Counted from the first letter of the stretch, positions 25,864 through 35,629 are shown. The stretch: 55,256 nucleotides of DNA from a virus (IMGVR_UViG_3300037100_000032:1-55256), one strand, 5' to 3'. Notes: a model not told the origin generated them from the sequence alone. Made by a program: numbers and translations.

Positions 25864-26234
25864 ACCCGTTGCAGCCGCCGCCTGACGTGCCATGGTATCA
25901 ATTGACCGACGCGACGGGTGCGCCAACCACGTACAACGTCCACACCTACAACGTGCAGACGCCGCTTAACACCGGTACGCCGTTCATGCCCAACATCTAC
26001 AGCGCTCGGTCGCCGCAGGTACCCGCGCACATAGACCTCACCGCAGCCGTTCAAGGTGGCAAGGACAACATCCGAGACGCCGAACGCTGGCGCTACTTCA
26101 GAGAGCATATGTCCGACACGGCGCTGTGGACGCAGTTCAAGACGCCCGATCAGCTTGACGAATACGCGAGCAAGAACGTCGCATGGGATCGTGAGCAAAA
26201 GAAGGGTCAGTTCGCAGCCGGCGGTGACAAATGA
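25860..26234 (+). CDS. Hypothetical protein ending in FAAGG motif
   Basis: Coupled ORF, C-terminal QFAAGGDK. Confidence 0.6.
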   Translation: MNPLQPPPDVPWYQLTDATGAPTTYNVHTYNVQTPLNTGTPFMPNIYSARSPQVPAHIDLTAAVQGGKDNIRDAERWRYFREHMSDTALWTQFKTPDQLDEYASKNVAWDREQKKGQFAAGGDK

Positions 26235-26380
26235 ACCTACTGACAATCCTGTTGATTCTCCTCATTCTCGGCGCGTTTGGCGGCGGCTATCGCGGCTACT
26301 ACCCGCACACGTACGGCATCGGCGGGGCAACCATTTTGCTGCTGATCTTGATCGTGCTGATCGCCACGGGGCGCGTATGA
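26231..26380 (+). CDS. DUF3309-like small membrane protein (below ORF-track cutoff)
   Basis: MNLLTILLILLILGAFGGGYRGYY...GIGGATILLLILIVLIATGRV. Confidence 0.75.
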   Translation: MNLLTILLILLILGAFGGGYRGYYPHTYGIGGATILLLILIVLIATGRV

Positions 26381-26532
26381 ACGGCGACTGGAAGCCGACG
26401 GCGAAGCTGAGATGGGTGAACGGGCCCACGGGCGCAGTGCTGCAGCAATGGTACGCGCCCGACGTTCCCGCGTACATGATCGGCAACGAAGGCGAGTGGC
26501 GAGTAGTTCCGACGGAGTTTGCCGACGCGTGA
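26377..26532 (+). CDS. Small hypothetical protein
   Basis: LRWV....VLQQW...GEWRVVP; 4-bp overlaps. Confidence 0.65.
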   Translation: MNGDWKPTAKLRWVNGPTGAVLQQWYAPDVPAYMIGNEGEWRVVPTEFADA

Positions 26533-28913
26533 GCGCAGTCCCGCACAACCTCGCGTCCGGCTTAGGTCTCGCACCGGCGGCTTTGGATCTGCCTGAGATT
26601 CACGTAGAGGTTGCGAACGATCCCGATGATCAGCCCATCGTAGACGAGAAAGGCGCGGTCATTGAGATTGAGCACGGCGACGGTTCGGTCACGGTGTCGC
26701 TGGACGGCAAGCCGATTGAGGAGGCGCTAGAGGCAAAGCGCGACCAAGGCTGGTACGACAACCTGTGCGAAGACATCGGCCACGATGCGCTGTCAATGCT
26801 CACCGAAGATCTGCTGGACAGCATTGCCGACGACCTTACGAGTCGCAAAGAGTGGATTGACTATTGCACCGACGGCGTGAAGCTGCTGGGCCTCAAGCCT
26901 GAAATCAAGTCTACGGCGAGCAACACCAACGACACCGCGCCCGTGGAGGGCATGAGCACGGTGCGCCACCCGCTGCTACTGGAGGCGGTGCTGCGGTTTC
27001 AGGCCAATGCGCGCTCTGAGTTCCTGCCCACCGACGGCCCGGTCAAGATTCGTAACGACGATGTGAACGCGACGAGCGGCGAGGACACCTTAGCCAACTT
27101 GCTTGAGCGCGAGATGAATCATTATCTCACCGTGGTGGCGAGCGAGTATTACCCAGACACCGATCGCATGCTGTTCATGACGGGTTTGAACGGCACGGGC
27201 TTCAAAAAAGTCTATATGTGCCCGATCAGGAACCGGCAAGTATCAGAGTCGGTGGATGCGGACGACCTCATCGTCAATCAAAGCGCCACCGACTTGGGCA
27301 ACGCTCAGCGCATCACGCACAAAGTGATGATGAAGCCCACCACGGTCAAGCGCCTGCAGATATTGGGTGTGTATCGTGACGTGGAATTGGGCACCGCGAC
27401 GCCGCCTGAGCCGGATGCACTGAAAGATGAAGAAAACGCGCAGCAGGGATTGAAGCCTAATTCATTGCGCAACCCAAAAGACAACGACCGCGAGATCTAC
27501 GAGTGTTACTGCGAGCTGGATATCCCAGGATTTGAGCACAAATTCAACGGCAAGGTGTCAGGACTTGCGGTCCCGTATCGAGTCACGATTGATCGCAGCG
27601 ACCGCAAGGCGCTATCGGTGGTGCGTAACTACGCAAAGCCTGAAAATGATGAGTTGCCGGTGGCTAGAAAGACGTTTGTGAAGTGGCCGTTCGTGCCCGG
27701 CATCGGGTTTTTAGGCATTGGCCTGTTGCACATCCTTGGCAACACGACAAATGCGGTCACGGCCGCGTGGCGCTTGATGCTGGACAACGGCATGTTCGCC
27801 AATTTCCCAGGATTTTTGACCGCCAAGGGCGCCAGTCGTCAAAACAGCAACATATTCCGCATCCCGCCGGGCGGCTCGGCGCAGATTGACACCGGCGGCC
27901 TGCCCATCGGCCAGTTTGCGATGCCGTTGCCGTATAACACCGCGCAAATGTCACCGTTGATGACCCTTGTGGACAACATGGTGGAGACCGGGCGCCGAAT
28001 TGGGGGCACCGCCGAGGTGCAAGTGGGCGAAGGGCGCGCAGACGTACCGGTCGGTACGACAATGGCCATGATTGACCAAGCCATCAAGGTCATGAACGCG
28101 GTTCACAAGCGCATGCACGCCGCGCAGAGCGAGGAACTGCAGTTACTCAAAGAATTGATCCGCGACGACGTGGACGCATTCCTAAAAGCCATGGCCGGCA
28201 AGCCCCGCCCTGGCAAAATGCCGATCAACAAGGCTCAATTGGTGGAAGCGCTGAACAATTGCGAGCTGGTGCCGCAGGCCGATCCCAATACCTCGTCCAG
28301 CGGACAGCGGCTGATGAAGATCATGGGGCTCATTCAGCTTCAGCAGAATTCTCCGACGCTTTACGACCCGATTGCGATCAACAAGGCAGCGCTGGTCGCC
28401 ATGGGCTGGGGCAATCCGCAGGAATTCATGGTCCCGCCGGCCGCCCAGGCCGCACCGCCGCCGCAGCTCATCCAAGCGCAGCAGGAGATGCAGAACAAGA
28501 CCAAGGAAGCGGACGCCAAGTCCCTGGACGCGCAGGCCAAGATGGTCACGGCCAAGGCGGTAGAGATGAAGCACGCCGCCGAGGCAGGCCAGCCGACCGG
28601 GCTGCAGCCGCCTGAGCCGCCGCCCGACGAGACTGAAATGGCAGCGGCCAAGGCGAAGCTCATGGACGCGCACACCAATGAGATGCGGGCCAAGATTGAG
28701 GCCGAGAAGATGATGATTGACCAGCATAAGACGCGCATTGAGGACGAGAACCGCGACAAGGACCGGGTCGCTAAGGAGCGCGAGGCCGCCATTGCGCTCG
28801 CAGGCGATGTCATCAGGGCACCGTCCAAGGGCGAGTCAGGCGCGCAAGTAGATGTGACGAAGTCTGGGCAGAAGGCCAACAAGATCATCAAAGACGTTGA
28901 CAAGAGCGTTTGA
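26529..28913 (+). CDS. Portal protein (P22-like) with Gln/Ala-rich tail
   Basis: SR.EW...G..LLG, V.HPLL.EA..RFQA, GFKKVY, PVGTT.A; position after terL. Confidence 0.9.
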   Translation: MSAVPHNLASGLGLAPAALDLPEIHVEVANDPDDQPIVDEKGAVIEIEHGDGSVTVSLDGKPIEEALEAKRDQGWYDNLCEDIGHDALSMLTEDLLDSIADDLTSRKEWIDYCTDGVKLLGLKPEIKSTASNTNDTAPVEGMSTVRHPLLLEAVLRFQANARSEFLPTDGPVKIRNDDVNATSGEDTLANLLEREMNHYLTVVASEYYPDTDRMLFMTGLNGTGFKKVYMCPIRNRQVSESVDADDLIVNQSATDLGNAQRITHKVMMKPTTVKRLQILGVYRDVELGTATPPEPDALKDEENAQQGLKPNSLRNPKDNDREIYECYCELDIPGFEHKFNGKVSGLAVPYRVTIDRSDRKALSVVRNYAKPENDELPVARKTFVKWPFVPGIGFLGIGLLHILGNTTNAVTAAWRLMLDNGMFANFPGFLTAKGASRQNSNIFRIPPGGSAQIDTGGLPIGQFAMPLPYNTAQMSPLMTLVDNMVETGRRIGGTAEVQVGEGRADVPVGTTMAMIDQAIKVMNAVHKRMHAAQSEELQLLKELIRDDVDAFLKAMAGKPRPGKMPINKAQLVEALNNCELVPQADPNTSSSGQRLMKIMGLIQLQQNSPTLYDPIAINKAALVAMGWGNPQEFMVPPAAQAAPPPQLIQAQQEMQNKTKEADAKSLDAQAKMVTAKAVEMKHAAEAGQPTGLQPPEPPPDETEMAAAKAKLMDAHTNEMRAKIEAEKMMIDQHKTRIEDENRDKDRVAKEREAAIALAGDVIRAPSKGESGAQVDVTKSGQKANKIIKDVDKSV

Positions 28914-28937
28914 CGCAGTGCAGCATATGAGGTAACT

Positions 28938-30260
28938 ATGAGCGACGCATCCACTTACCGTGAAGCCTCCAAGGCCAAGATCAAGCGCATGCTTGAAGAC
29001 CCGCAGACGCCGGTGGACGCATCGGGGTACACGCCGCCCGGCCCTGAGTTGGGCATGATTCAGACCGGTGAGCGCCCCGTGACGCGCGCTAGGTTTCGCG
29101 CAGGCGGTTCAGTTACTGGCGGCAAGACGGCCGCTCGCGTTGATCGCAAGCCTCGAGCGAGCGGTGGCATGACGGCGACCGAATACCTCAACCGCGACGT
29201 GCGCGAAGCCAACGAGTCCCGCGCCGGCATGAAAAATAACGGTGGATTTAAGTATGGCGGCGCTGCGAAGGACAATGGCCGCGCCCGCGCGCACAAGTTC
29301 ATGGGCGGCCCAATGCAGGGCGGCGCGAATCCGTATATGACGGCGCCCGTGGCGATGAAGCCGGGGTATGCGAGCGGCGGCAAAGTCCACTCCGACGCCG
29401 CCGAAGACAAGAAGCTGATCAAGTCCGAGATGGCCAAGCACGAGGCTGGGTGCAAGTGCGCCAAGTGTTACGGCGGTCGGACGAAGCGGGCTGAAGGTGG
29501 CAAGACTCGTCAAATCTCTGGATTTCCAGATTACAGCACAGCCAAAACGCACAATTTGCGAAGGGCGTGGGAAGCCGCAACAGTCGCACCAAAGGGATCT
29601 GTGGGAGCCAAATATAAAGGCGCCATTGCAAACGAGTTGCTTGATAGGCCATCTCCCAAGTTGCCCACTGGAAAAAAACCAGACGATCCCGCTAAATGGG
29701 GATTGGCGAACGGCGGGCGCGCTGGGAAGGCGGAAGGCGGTGGCATTCCATCCACGACTCACAAGTACGATGAGTCTGGAAAAATGATTCCGCCGAAGGA
29801 ATATCACATTTACGACAATCATTCCGGCTCCGTAGTCGGAAAGGCGGCTACGCTGAAAGGCGCAAGACGCGCCGCCGATCGTCGCGATACTGCGTATGGT
29901 GGCGTCAAGCACTCCGCTGTGCCGGTGTACGCACGCGGCGGCGCTATCCCCGACGGCACCCGCCCAAAAGGTGGCCGTATCGCCCGCGCCAAGGGCGGCA
30001 AAGCCATGAACGTCAACATCATCATCGCGCCTCCGAAGCCCGCCATGGGAATGCCGCCTCCCGGCATGGCTGGCCCGCCGAAGGGCATCCCGGCTCCGCC
30101 TCCCGCTGCGGCCCCGCAGGCTGGCGCACCCGCGCCGATGGCACCCGCTGGCGGCGCTGCCCCGATGATGGGGCGCAAGGATGGTGGCCGAACCTATCCG
30201 CTCAAGGACGGGTCTGGCGGTGGCAAGGGTCGGCTGCAGAAGATTAAGGCGTATGGCTGA
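28938..30260 (+). CDS. Basic low-complexity head-associated protein with many xxGG motifs
   Basis: FRAGG, RASGG, FKYGG, KFMGG, YASGG, RAEGG, LANGG, KAEGG, YARGG, RAKGG, RKDGG. Confidence 0.8.
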   Translation: MSDASTYREASKAKIKRMLEDPQTPVDASGYTPPGPELGMIQTGERPVTRARFRAGGSVTGGKTAARVDRKPRASGGMTATEYLNRDVREANESRAGMKNNGGFKYGGAAKDNGRARAHKFMGGPMQGGANPYMTAPVAMKPGYASGGKVHSDAAEDKKLIKSEMAKHEAGCKCAKCYGGRTKRAEGGKTRQISGFPDYSTAKTHNLRRAWEAATVAPKGSVGAKYKGAIANELLDRPSPKLPTGKKPDDPAKWGLANGGRAGKAEGGGIPSTTHKYDESGKMIPPKEYHIYDNHSGSVVGKAATLKGARRAADRRDTAYGGVKHSAVPVYARGGAIPDGTRPKGGRIARAKGGKAMNVNIIIAPPKPAMGMPPPGMAGPPKGIPAPPPAAAPQAGAPAPMAPAGGAAPMMGRKDGGRTYPLKDGSGGGKGRLQKIKAYG

Positions 30261-30270
30261 GTAGCGACGG

Positions 30271-30453
30271 ATGACGTTTGACGCCGCTCTCACCGCCCGC
30301 ATCAACGAAGAGATCCTCCGCCTAACCGACCACATGCTCGGCGGCAACATGGATCTTCGGGTGTATGACCGCTACATCGGCGGCATCCACGCGCTTAAGC
30401 AAATCAACGAATACTTCATCCCTGAAGTCCGCGAAATTCTCAACGAGAGGTAA
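30271..30453 (+). CDS. Small helical head-module protein
   Basis: YDRYIGGIHALK; directly before GroES-like gene. Confidence 0.7.
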   Translation: MTFDAALTARINEEILRLTDHMLGGNMDLRVYDRYIGGIHALKQINEYFIPEVREILNER

Positions 30454-30455
30454 GA

Positions 30456-30893
30456 ATGGCTGCATCCGCATTGAAGGCGCCCGTGAAGATTGATTACGAG
30501 CGCAAGGAAATTCTGGACAAGTTGGGCGATCTGTCCAAAGTGGAAATTGCCAACAACGAACTCCTGCTCGCGATCTACATCCGCTCCAATCGCAGCCCAA
30601 GTGGCATCTACTTGACAGATAAAACTGTCAAAGAAGATGAGTATCAGGGCAAGGTGGGCTTGGTCGTCAAGATTGGCCCGGCGTGCAAATTTGTCCGCAC
30701 GAACGCCGAAGGCATCACCTACGGCCTAGATATTCGCCTCCACGACTGGGTTGTGGTGCGGCCTTCTGACACGTGGGCGCTGGACATCAACGCAGACGCC
30801 ACTGAGCTGGATCGAGGCAAGTTCGTCAAATGCCGGCTGGTGTATGACGACATGATCCGCTTGCGCGTGCCCTCACCGGGAATCGTATGGTAG
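30456..30893 (+). CDS. GroES-like co-chaperonin
   Basis: SPSGIYLTD mobile loop, VGLVVKIGP, DWVV, RLVYDD.I. Confidence 0.8.
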   Translation: MAASALKAPVKIDYERKEILDKLGDLSKVEIANNELLLAIYIRSNRSPSGIYLTDKTVKEDEYQGKVGLVVKIGPACKFVRTNAEGITYGLDIRLHDWVVVRPSDTWALDINADATELDRGKFVKCRLVYDDMIRLRVPSPGIVW

Positions 30894-31807
30894 ACCCTGC
30901 CGACGACACCACGATTGATCTGCCGCTGGAGACGCCGGAGCCGACCGATACGGTCGTGGAGACCGCGCCTCCCGCCACACCGCCCAAGATTCTTGAACCC
31001 GAGGTAGGGCTTGAGAAACTCAAGAAACAGGTTGATGACCAGACGCGGGCCGCCAAAGAGGCCACCGCACGCGCAGTTGCTGCGGAAGCGGACGCCGCCG
31101 CCGCGCGAAATGCCGAGATTGCCGCACGTACCGAAGCGCAAACCTCAAACCTTCATGCCGTAAATGCGGCCATTACGTCGCTGAAGCAAGCGTTGGATTC
31201 CGGTGAAGCCGCCTATGCCGAAGCGCTGTCGGTCGGAGACCATGGCAGGGCTGCGAAAATCAATCGTGAGATGAACACGAATGCGGCTCGCCTTGAACAC
31301 TTGGAAAACAACAAAAACGCCCTTGAGGCCGCGCCGAAGCCCACGCCCAGGCCGGCGAGCGCGCCGACCAACGAGGTTGAGCGCATTGCTTCGCAGCTCT
31401 CAGCAAAATCGGCATCGTGGGTTCGCGCGCACCCTGAGTATGCAAGCGGCGGTAAATATCAGGAGATGGTCGCGGCTCACAACCTCGCGCTCGCACGCGG
31501 CAAGACGGTGGAGTCGGATGAGTATTTCGCAACGATTGAGCGGATTCTTGACATCGGATTGCCACCCGCAATGGCTCCCATTGAGGAGCCAGCCCTTGCC
31601 GACACCGCTCCTCAGCAGGCCACCGGCGGTCGTAACAGCGCACCCGCTGCCGCTCCGGTGTCTCGAGGCACGACCAGCAACGGCTCCAAGCCTCGCACCA
31701 TGACGCTCACCCGCGAAATGCGCGAGATGGCGCACGCCATGGGCATGACTGACCAAGACTATGCGAAATACCGACAGCAACTCATTGACGAAGGCGCAAT
31801 TCACTAA
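30887..31807 (+). CDS. Probable scaffolding protein
   Basis: Acidic coiled-coil, ends LT.E..EMA..MGMT..DYAK. Confidence 0.7.
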   Translation: MVDPADDTTIDLPLETPEPTDTVVETAPPATPPKILEPEVGLEKLKKQVDDQTRAAKEATARAVAAEADAAAARNAEIAARTEAQTSNLHAVNAAITSLKQALDSGEAAYAEALSVGDHGRAAKINREMNTNAARLEHLENNKNALEAAPKPTPRPASAPTNEVERIASQLSAKSASWVRAHPEYASGGKYQEMVAAHNLALARGKTVESDEYFATIERILDIGLPPAMAPIEEPALADTAPQQATGGRNSAPAAAPVSRGTTSNGSKPRTMTLTREMREMAHAMGMTDQDYAKYRQQLIDEGAIH

Positions 31808-32349
31808 TGGCTAATCCTACCCACGGCTCCAATATCCCGCAGCAATCACCGCTTGCCAACCCGACGCTGGGGTTGAACCGCCCTCTTCCCACCGCCGATG
31901 ATCCGCGCGCCCGCGCCGAAGCCCGCGCCGCTCAGCTTCAGGAGCACTGGCATGGCACGCCGCCCGATGACACCGACGCGTTCTACATTGATCCCAAAAT
32001 CATTCCCGATGGCTGGGAATACCAGTGGAAGACGTGGACCGTGTACGGCTTGGAAGACCCTAGCTATCAAGTGCAGCTCGCGCACCGGGGCTGGGATTTC
32101 GTGCCGGCGAGCCGTCATCCTGAAATGATGCCGAGTGGCTATCGCGGAAACACGATTGAGCGCAAGGGAATGCGACTGATGGAACAGCCCAAGGTGATTG
32201 CCGATGAGGCGCGGGCGCGAGATCTACGCACCGCACGCAATCAAGTCGGGCAGAAGGAAGCGCAGATTTCTGGCGCTGAGGCGGGCACGTTTGAGCGTAC
32301 GAAGCCGACGATCAACCGCAGCTACGAGCACATTCCCATCCCGAAGTAA
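31807..32349 (+). CDS. Conserved head-module protein
   Basis: PDGWEYQW...GWDFVP..HPE...G..LME.P. Confidence 0.75.
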   Translation: MANPTHGSNIPQQSPLANPTLGLNRPLPTADDPRARAEARAAQLQEHWHGTPPDDTDAFYIDPKIIPDGWEYQWKTWTVYGLEDPSYQVQLAHRGWDFVPASRHPEMMPSGYRGNTIERKGMRLMEQPKVIADEARARDLRTARNQVGQKEAQISGAEAGTFERTKPTINRSYEHIPIPK

Positions 32350-32356
32350 ATAGTTG

Positions 32357-32389
32357 TTGACGCCGTTGTGATGTAGGCGTATACCTACA
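32357..32389 (+). promoter_or_regulatory. Capsid-operon promoter overlapped by palindromic box
   Basis: TTGACG-N17-TATACC; TGTAGG-CGTATA-CCTACA at 32372-32389. Confidence 0.6.
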
Positions 32390-32405
32390 CCCAACTTCCC
32401 GGCCC

Positions 32406-32474
32406 GGTGCTCGGGACTCTTGATGAGAGTTTGGTGTGACTTCGCCCAGGCGGCAGCGGTCAGACCTGAGCACC
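32406..32474 (+). ncRNA. Structured 5' leader of capsid operon
   Basis: GGTGCTCGGG pairs with CCTGAGCACC enclosing two hairpins. Confidence 0.45.
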
Positions 32475-32478
32475 AGTC

Positions 32479-33093
32479 ATGGCCAATACGTTTGTGCCTT
32501 TCGGCTTTAGCCAAGCAAGCGGCACCGGTTCCTCGCCTACTTACGAGGAAATGGAACTCGCCAACGGCGGGATCGACTACAACACCGGCGCGATCTACAA
32601 GGGCGATCCGGTTGTTCGGGCAGGCGCCGACGGCACCATCACGCAGGCTGCAGGCAGCGCGGGTGGCAGCACGGTCACGATGGCTGGCGTATTCAGCCAG
32701 TGCAAGTATCTCTCAACCTCGATCAAACGTACGGTCTGGTCTAACTACTGGCCGGGCTCTGATGTCACGAGCGGCAATCAGTCCACGATCAGCGCCTACA
32801 TCATCAACGATCCCAACGCGCAGTTTCTGGTGCAGTCCGACTCCACCGGAGTGACTCAGGCTGGCGTCGGATCAAACTTTGACTTCGCGATCGGCACCGG
32901 CAGCACGGCTACCGGCTTGTCTGGCGCATACCTGCTGCACACGGCGCAAACCGCATCGGCATATCCGTGGCGACTCAACAGTTTGTATCTATTCCCGCCT
33001 GGCGCTAACGGCACATCTACGGGTGCTTACGCATGGTGCTATGTGGCGTTTAACAACGTCGAAACCAAGAACGCCACTGCGGTCAACACCTAA
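32479..33093 (+). CDS. Capsid decoration/cement-like protein
   Basis: MAN...PFGF, IYKGDPV, GVF..C.Y, A.IINDP; precedes MCP. Confidence 0.75.
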   Translation: MANTFVPFGFSQASGTGSSPTYEEMELANGGIDYNTGAIYKGDPVVRAGADGTITQAAGSAGGSTVTMAGVFSQCKYLSTSIKRTVWSNYWPGSDVTSGNQSTISAYIINDPNAQFLVQSDSTGVTQAGVGSNFDFAIGTGSTATGLSGAYLLHTAQTASAYPWRLNSLYLFPPGANGTSTGAYAWCYVAFNNVETKNATAVNT

Positions 33094-33105
33094 GAGGAAT
33101 GAGAA

Positions 33106-34020
33106 ATGGCCATTAACTTAGGTGCAATTAAAGACCTCCTTCTGCCGGGCCTGCGTGGCCTTACTGGGAAGTACGAACAGATCCCGAAACAATGGGACAA
33201 GGTCTTCACGAAATTTGATTCCAAGATGGCGCTGGAGCGCACGGCCGAGATGCGGTATCTCGGACTCGCACAGCTCAAGACTGAAGGTGGTCAAACCAAG
33301 TTTGATAACAACGCTGGTGAGCGTTACATCTTCAACCAAGAACACACGGAATTGGGTCTTGGATACGCTATTACGCGCAAATCCATAGACGATAATCTTT
33401 ACAAGACTCAGTTCCATCCCAGCAACTTGGGATTGATTGAGTCCTTCGCGCAGACGCTTGAGATCTACGGCGCGAACGTGCTGAACACCGCGACCACGTA
33501 CAACGCCTCCGTAGGCGGTGACGGTGTCGCGCTGTGCTCCACCGCTCACCCGATTGACGGTGGCACGTATGCGAATACGCCGACCACGCAGGTGGACTTG
33601 AACGAAGCGACGTTGCTGAACGGCATGATCAGCATTCGTACGAACTTCAAGGATCAGGCGGGACTGCGCCTGTTCTCTCGAGGCCGAAAGCTGATCACTC
33701 CGCCGCAGTTGGAACCGGTTGCGATTCGTCTAACCAAAACGGAACTTCGCCCTGGCACTGCTGATAACGATGTGAACGCGATCATGTCTACGGCCGGCGG
33801 CATCCCTGAAGGCTACATGGTGATGGACTTCTTGACCTCGCAGTACGCGTGGTTCTTGCTGACCAACATCGCGGGATTGGCGTTTATGAATCGCGTGCCG
33901 TTTGAGACTGACATGCAAGTTGACTTCGTGACGGACAATTTGCTCGTGAAGAGTTATCAGCGACTCTCGTTCAATTATTTCAATCCGAGGGCCCTGTGGG
34001 CCAGTTTCCCCACTTCGTAA
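33106..34020 (+). CDS. Major capsid protein (Mu gpT-like HK97 fold)
   Basis: LLPGL, A..K.EG, LGYAIT...DDNLY, GGDG..L.ST.HP, NDVNA, PRALW. Confidence 0.9.
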   Translation: MAINLGAIKDLLLPGLRGLTGKYEQIPKQWDKVFTKFDSKMALERTAEMRYLGLAQLKTEGGQTKFDNNAGERYIFNQEHTELGLGYAITRKSIDDNLYKTQFHPSNLGLIESFAQTLEIYGANVLNTATTYNASVGGDGVALCSTAHPIDGGTYANTPTTQVDLNEATLLNGMISIRTNFKDQAGLRLFSRGRKLITPPQLEPVAIRLTKTELRPGTADNDVNAIMSTAGGIPEGYMVMDFLTSQYAWFLLTNIAGLAFMNRVPFETDMQVDFVTDNLLVKSYQRLSFNYFNPRALWASFPTS

Positions 34021-34033
34021 CGGTAGTTCACTA

Positions 34034-34582
34034 ATGTCCGACATCAACGGCGGCCAAAGCCCGAATCCCAACGGCAGTCCGATTCAGCCCGGCACGCTGT
34101 TCACCGGCCCGATCCTAGCCGGCGGCGTCATCCACTCTGACGGATCAGGCAACCTCGCGGCTCTGGGTGGCACGACGGGCACTGCAAACGTCGGCTACGT
34201 GCAGATGTGTCAGTCGCAGCCCGTCACGCAGGCGACGAATGGCACAACGGCGGGCGTCTACACTACGTCCATCATCATCCCTGCGCAGAGCCAGATCACC
34301 GACATCTACATGATGGTGACGACTGCGTGGACTGGCGGCGCAACAACGTATGGCATCGGCAACACAGTGAGTGCTACGGCGTACACGACCGCTGCGGACG
34401 GCGCTGGCGGCACGCTGGGTCAGGTAACTAATATGGGTCCCGGTACGAATACGACCGCGATTGCGAATTGGGACAACGTCGGTACGACTGACGTACAGAT
34501 TGTCGTCACTTCCGGTAATACTGGATCTGGCGCTGGGACGCTGACCGTGTTTTATATTCAAGGCATCAACAACGCTTCGTAA
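34034..34582 (+). CDS. Virion structural protein
   Basis: T.FTGP, IIPA.SQI.DI, G.GTLTV.Y.Q; follows MCP. Confidence 0.7.
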   Translation: MSDINGGQSPNPNGSPIQPGTLFTGPILAGGVIHSDGSGNLAALGGTTGTANVGYVQMCQSQPVTQATNGTTAGVYTTSIIIPAQSQITDIYMMVTTAWTGGATTYGIGNTVSATAYTTAADGAGGTLGQVTNMGPGTNTTAIANWDNVGTTDVQIVVTSGNTGSGAGTLTVFYIQGINNAS

Positions 34583-34592
34583 GGACTGAATT

Positions 34593-34907
34593 ATGAAAGG
34601 CAGAATGGCACGAAAGAGCGGCGGTCCCACCGAAGGCGACAATGAGGCCGAAGCGGAGATCAAGGACAAGCCGGAAAACCGCAACGCGCCCAACAAGGTG
34701 GCCTCTGAAGCTGAGGAGCTGAAGAAAGGCGGCCGTGCGAAGCGCAAAGCTGGCGGCAAGGTGCCTGGCGAGAAGATGAAAATGCACGCTGGTCGGTCGC
34801 CCCGCAAGAGCGGTGGCCGCACGGGTTCCAACATGAATCCGCTGTCCAGCGCCCACTCTGGCACGCCTGCGCCGGGGCGCAAGGAAATGTCGGAGTCAAT
34901 GGACTGA
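34593..34907 (+). CDS. Small basic protein with xxGG motifs
   Basis: RKSGG, LKKGG, RKAGG, RKSGG. Confidence 0.75.
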   Translation: MKGRMARKSGGPTEGDNEAEAEIKDKPENRNAPNKVASEAEELKKGGRAKRKAGGKVPGEKMKMHAGRSPRKSGGRTGSNMNPLSSAHSGTPAPGRKEMSESMD

Positions 34908-34934
34908 TCAGCCGCTGGGCACGTTCAGCGCGAT

Positions 34935-34965
34935 ACAGGGGACCGTCGCGGTCCCTTGTTTGTTT
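34935..34965 (+). terminator. Intrinsic terminator after capsid genes
   Basis: GGGACCG-TCG-CGGTCCC-TTGTTTGTTT. Confidence 0.7.
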
Positions 34966-34978
34966 AAAGAGGTAAGCG

Positions 34979-35629
34979 ATGCGTCCAATTACTGTAACCG
35001 TCGGCCCGGTCGGAACGACCAGCGCCAACAACATCGCCACCTCGCAAACTCCAGCGGGCGCCGGTGCTCTGACGCTCAATGGTTCTTTGGTCACTAATGG
35101 TGTGGCTTATTTGCCCACTCCGCAGCGGGTGTTAATCACCACTTCGGACACGACGCACAGTTTCACCATCACCGGCACTACGCCGACCGGGTCTGTGCTC
35201 ACAGAGGTGCTGACCAATGCGGGCAGCTCGGTTTACTCCACCCTTGACTACTCTACCGTCACTTCCATCGTGATTTCAGGCGCTGCCACGGGCGCCGTCA
35301 CGGTAGGCACGAACGGGATCGCGGCGACGCCTTGGGTCCATCTGGACGCATGGGCAAACCCGACTGTGTCGCTCCAATGCACCGTCACGGGCACTGTAAA
35401 CTACACGGTCCAGTCTACGCTGCAAGACCCGAACGGGCATGGACAAGCGACGCCGATCCTGCCGTCTGCGCTGACGTGGGTTAACACATCAGATACGGCG
35501 GCGGTAAACGCAACCACAACAGTGCAGACTTCGTTTGCGTACCTTCCGGTGTATGTTCGAGTGTTGCTCAACAGCGGGTCTGGTTCTGTTACGACAAATA
35601 TTATTCAGACCGGGGCGGTGCCCTACTAA
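34979..35629 (+). CDS. Thr-rich virion structural protein
   Basis: GAGALTLNG...VTVGT...VTGTVNYTVQ. Confidence 0.75.
   Translation: MRPITVTVGPVGTTSANNIATSQTPAGAGALTLNGSLVTNGVAYLPTPQRVLITTSDTTHSFTITGTTPTGSVLTEVLTNAGSSVYSTLDYSTVTSIVISGAATGAVTVGTNGIAATPWVHLDAWANPTVSLQCTVTGTVNYTVQSTLQDPNGHGQATPILPSALTWVNTSDTAAVNATTTVQTSFAYLPVYVRVLLNSGSGSVTTNIIQTGAVPY

Noticed and set aside
29109-30350. 413-aa minus-strand ORF
   Set aside because: Shadow of a GC-rich gene within a + strand operon
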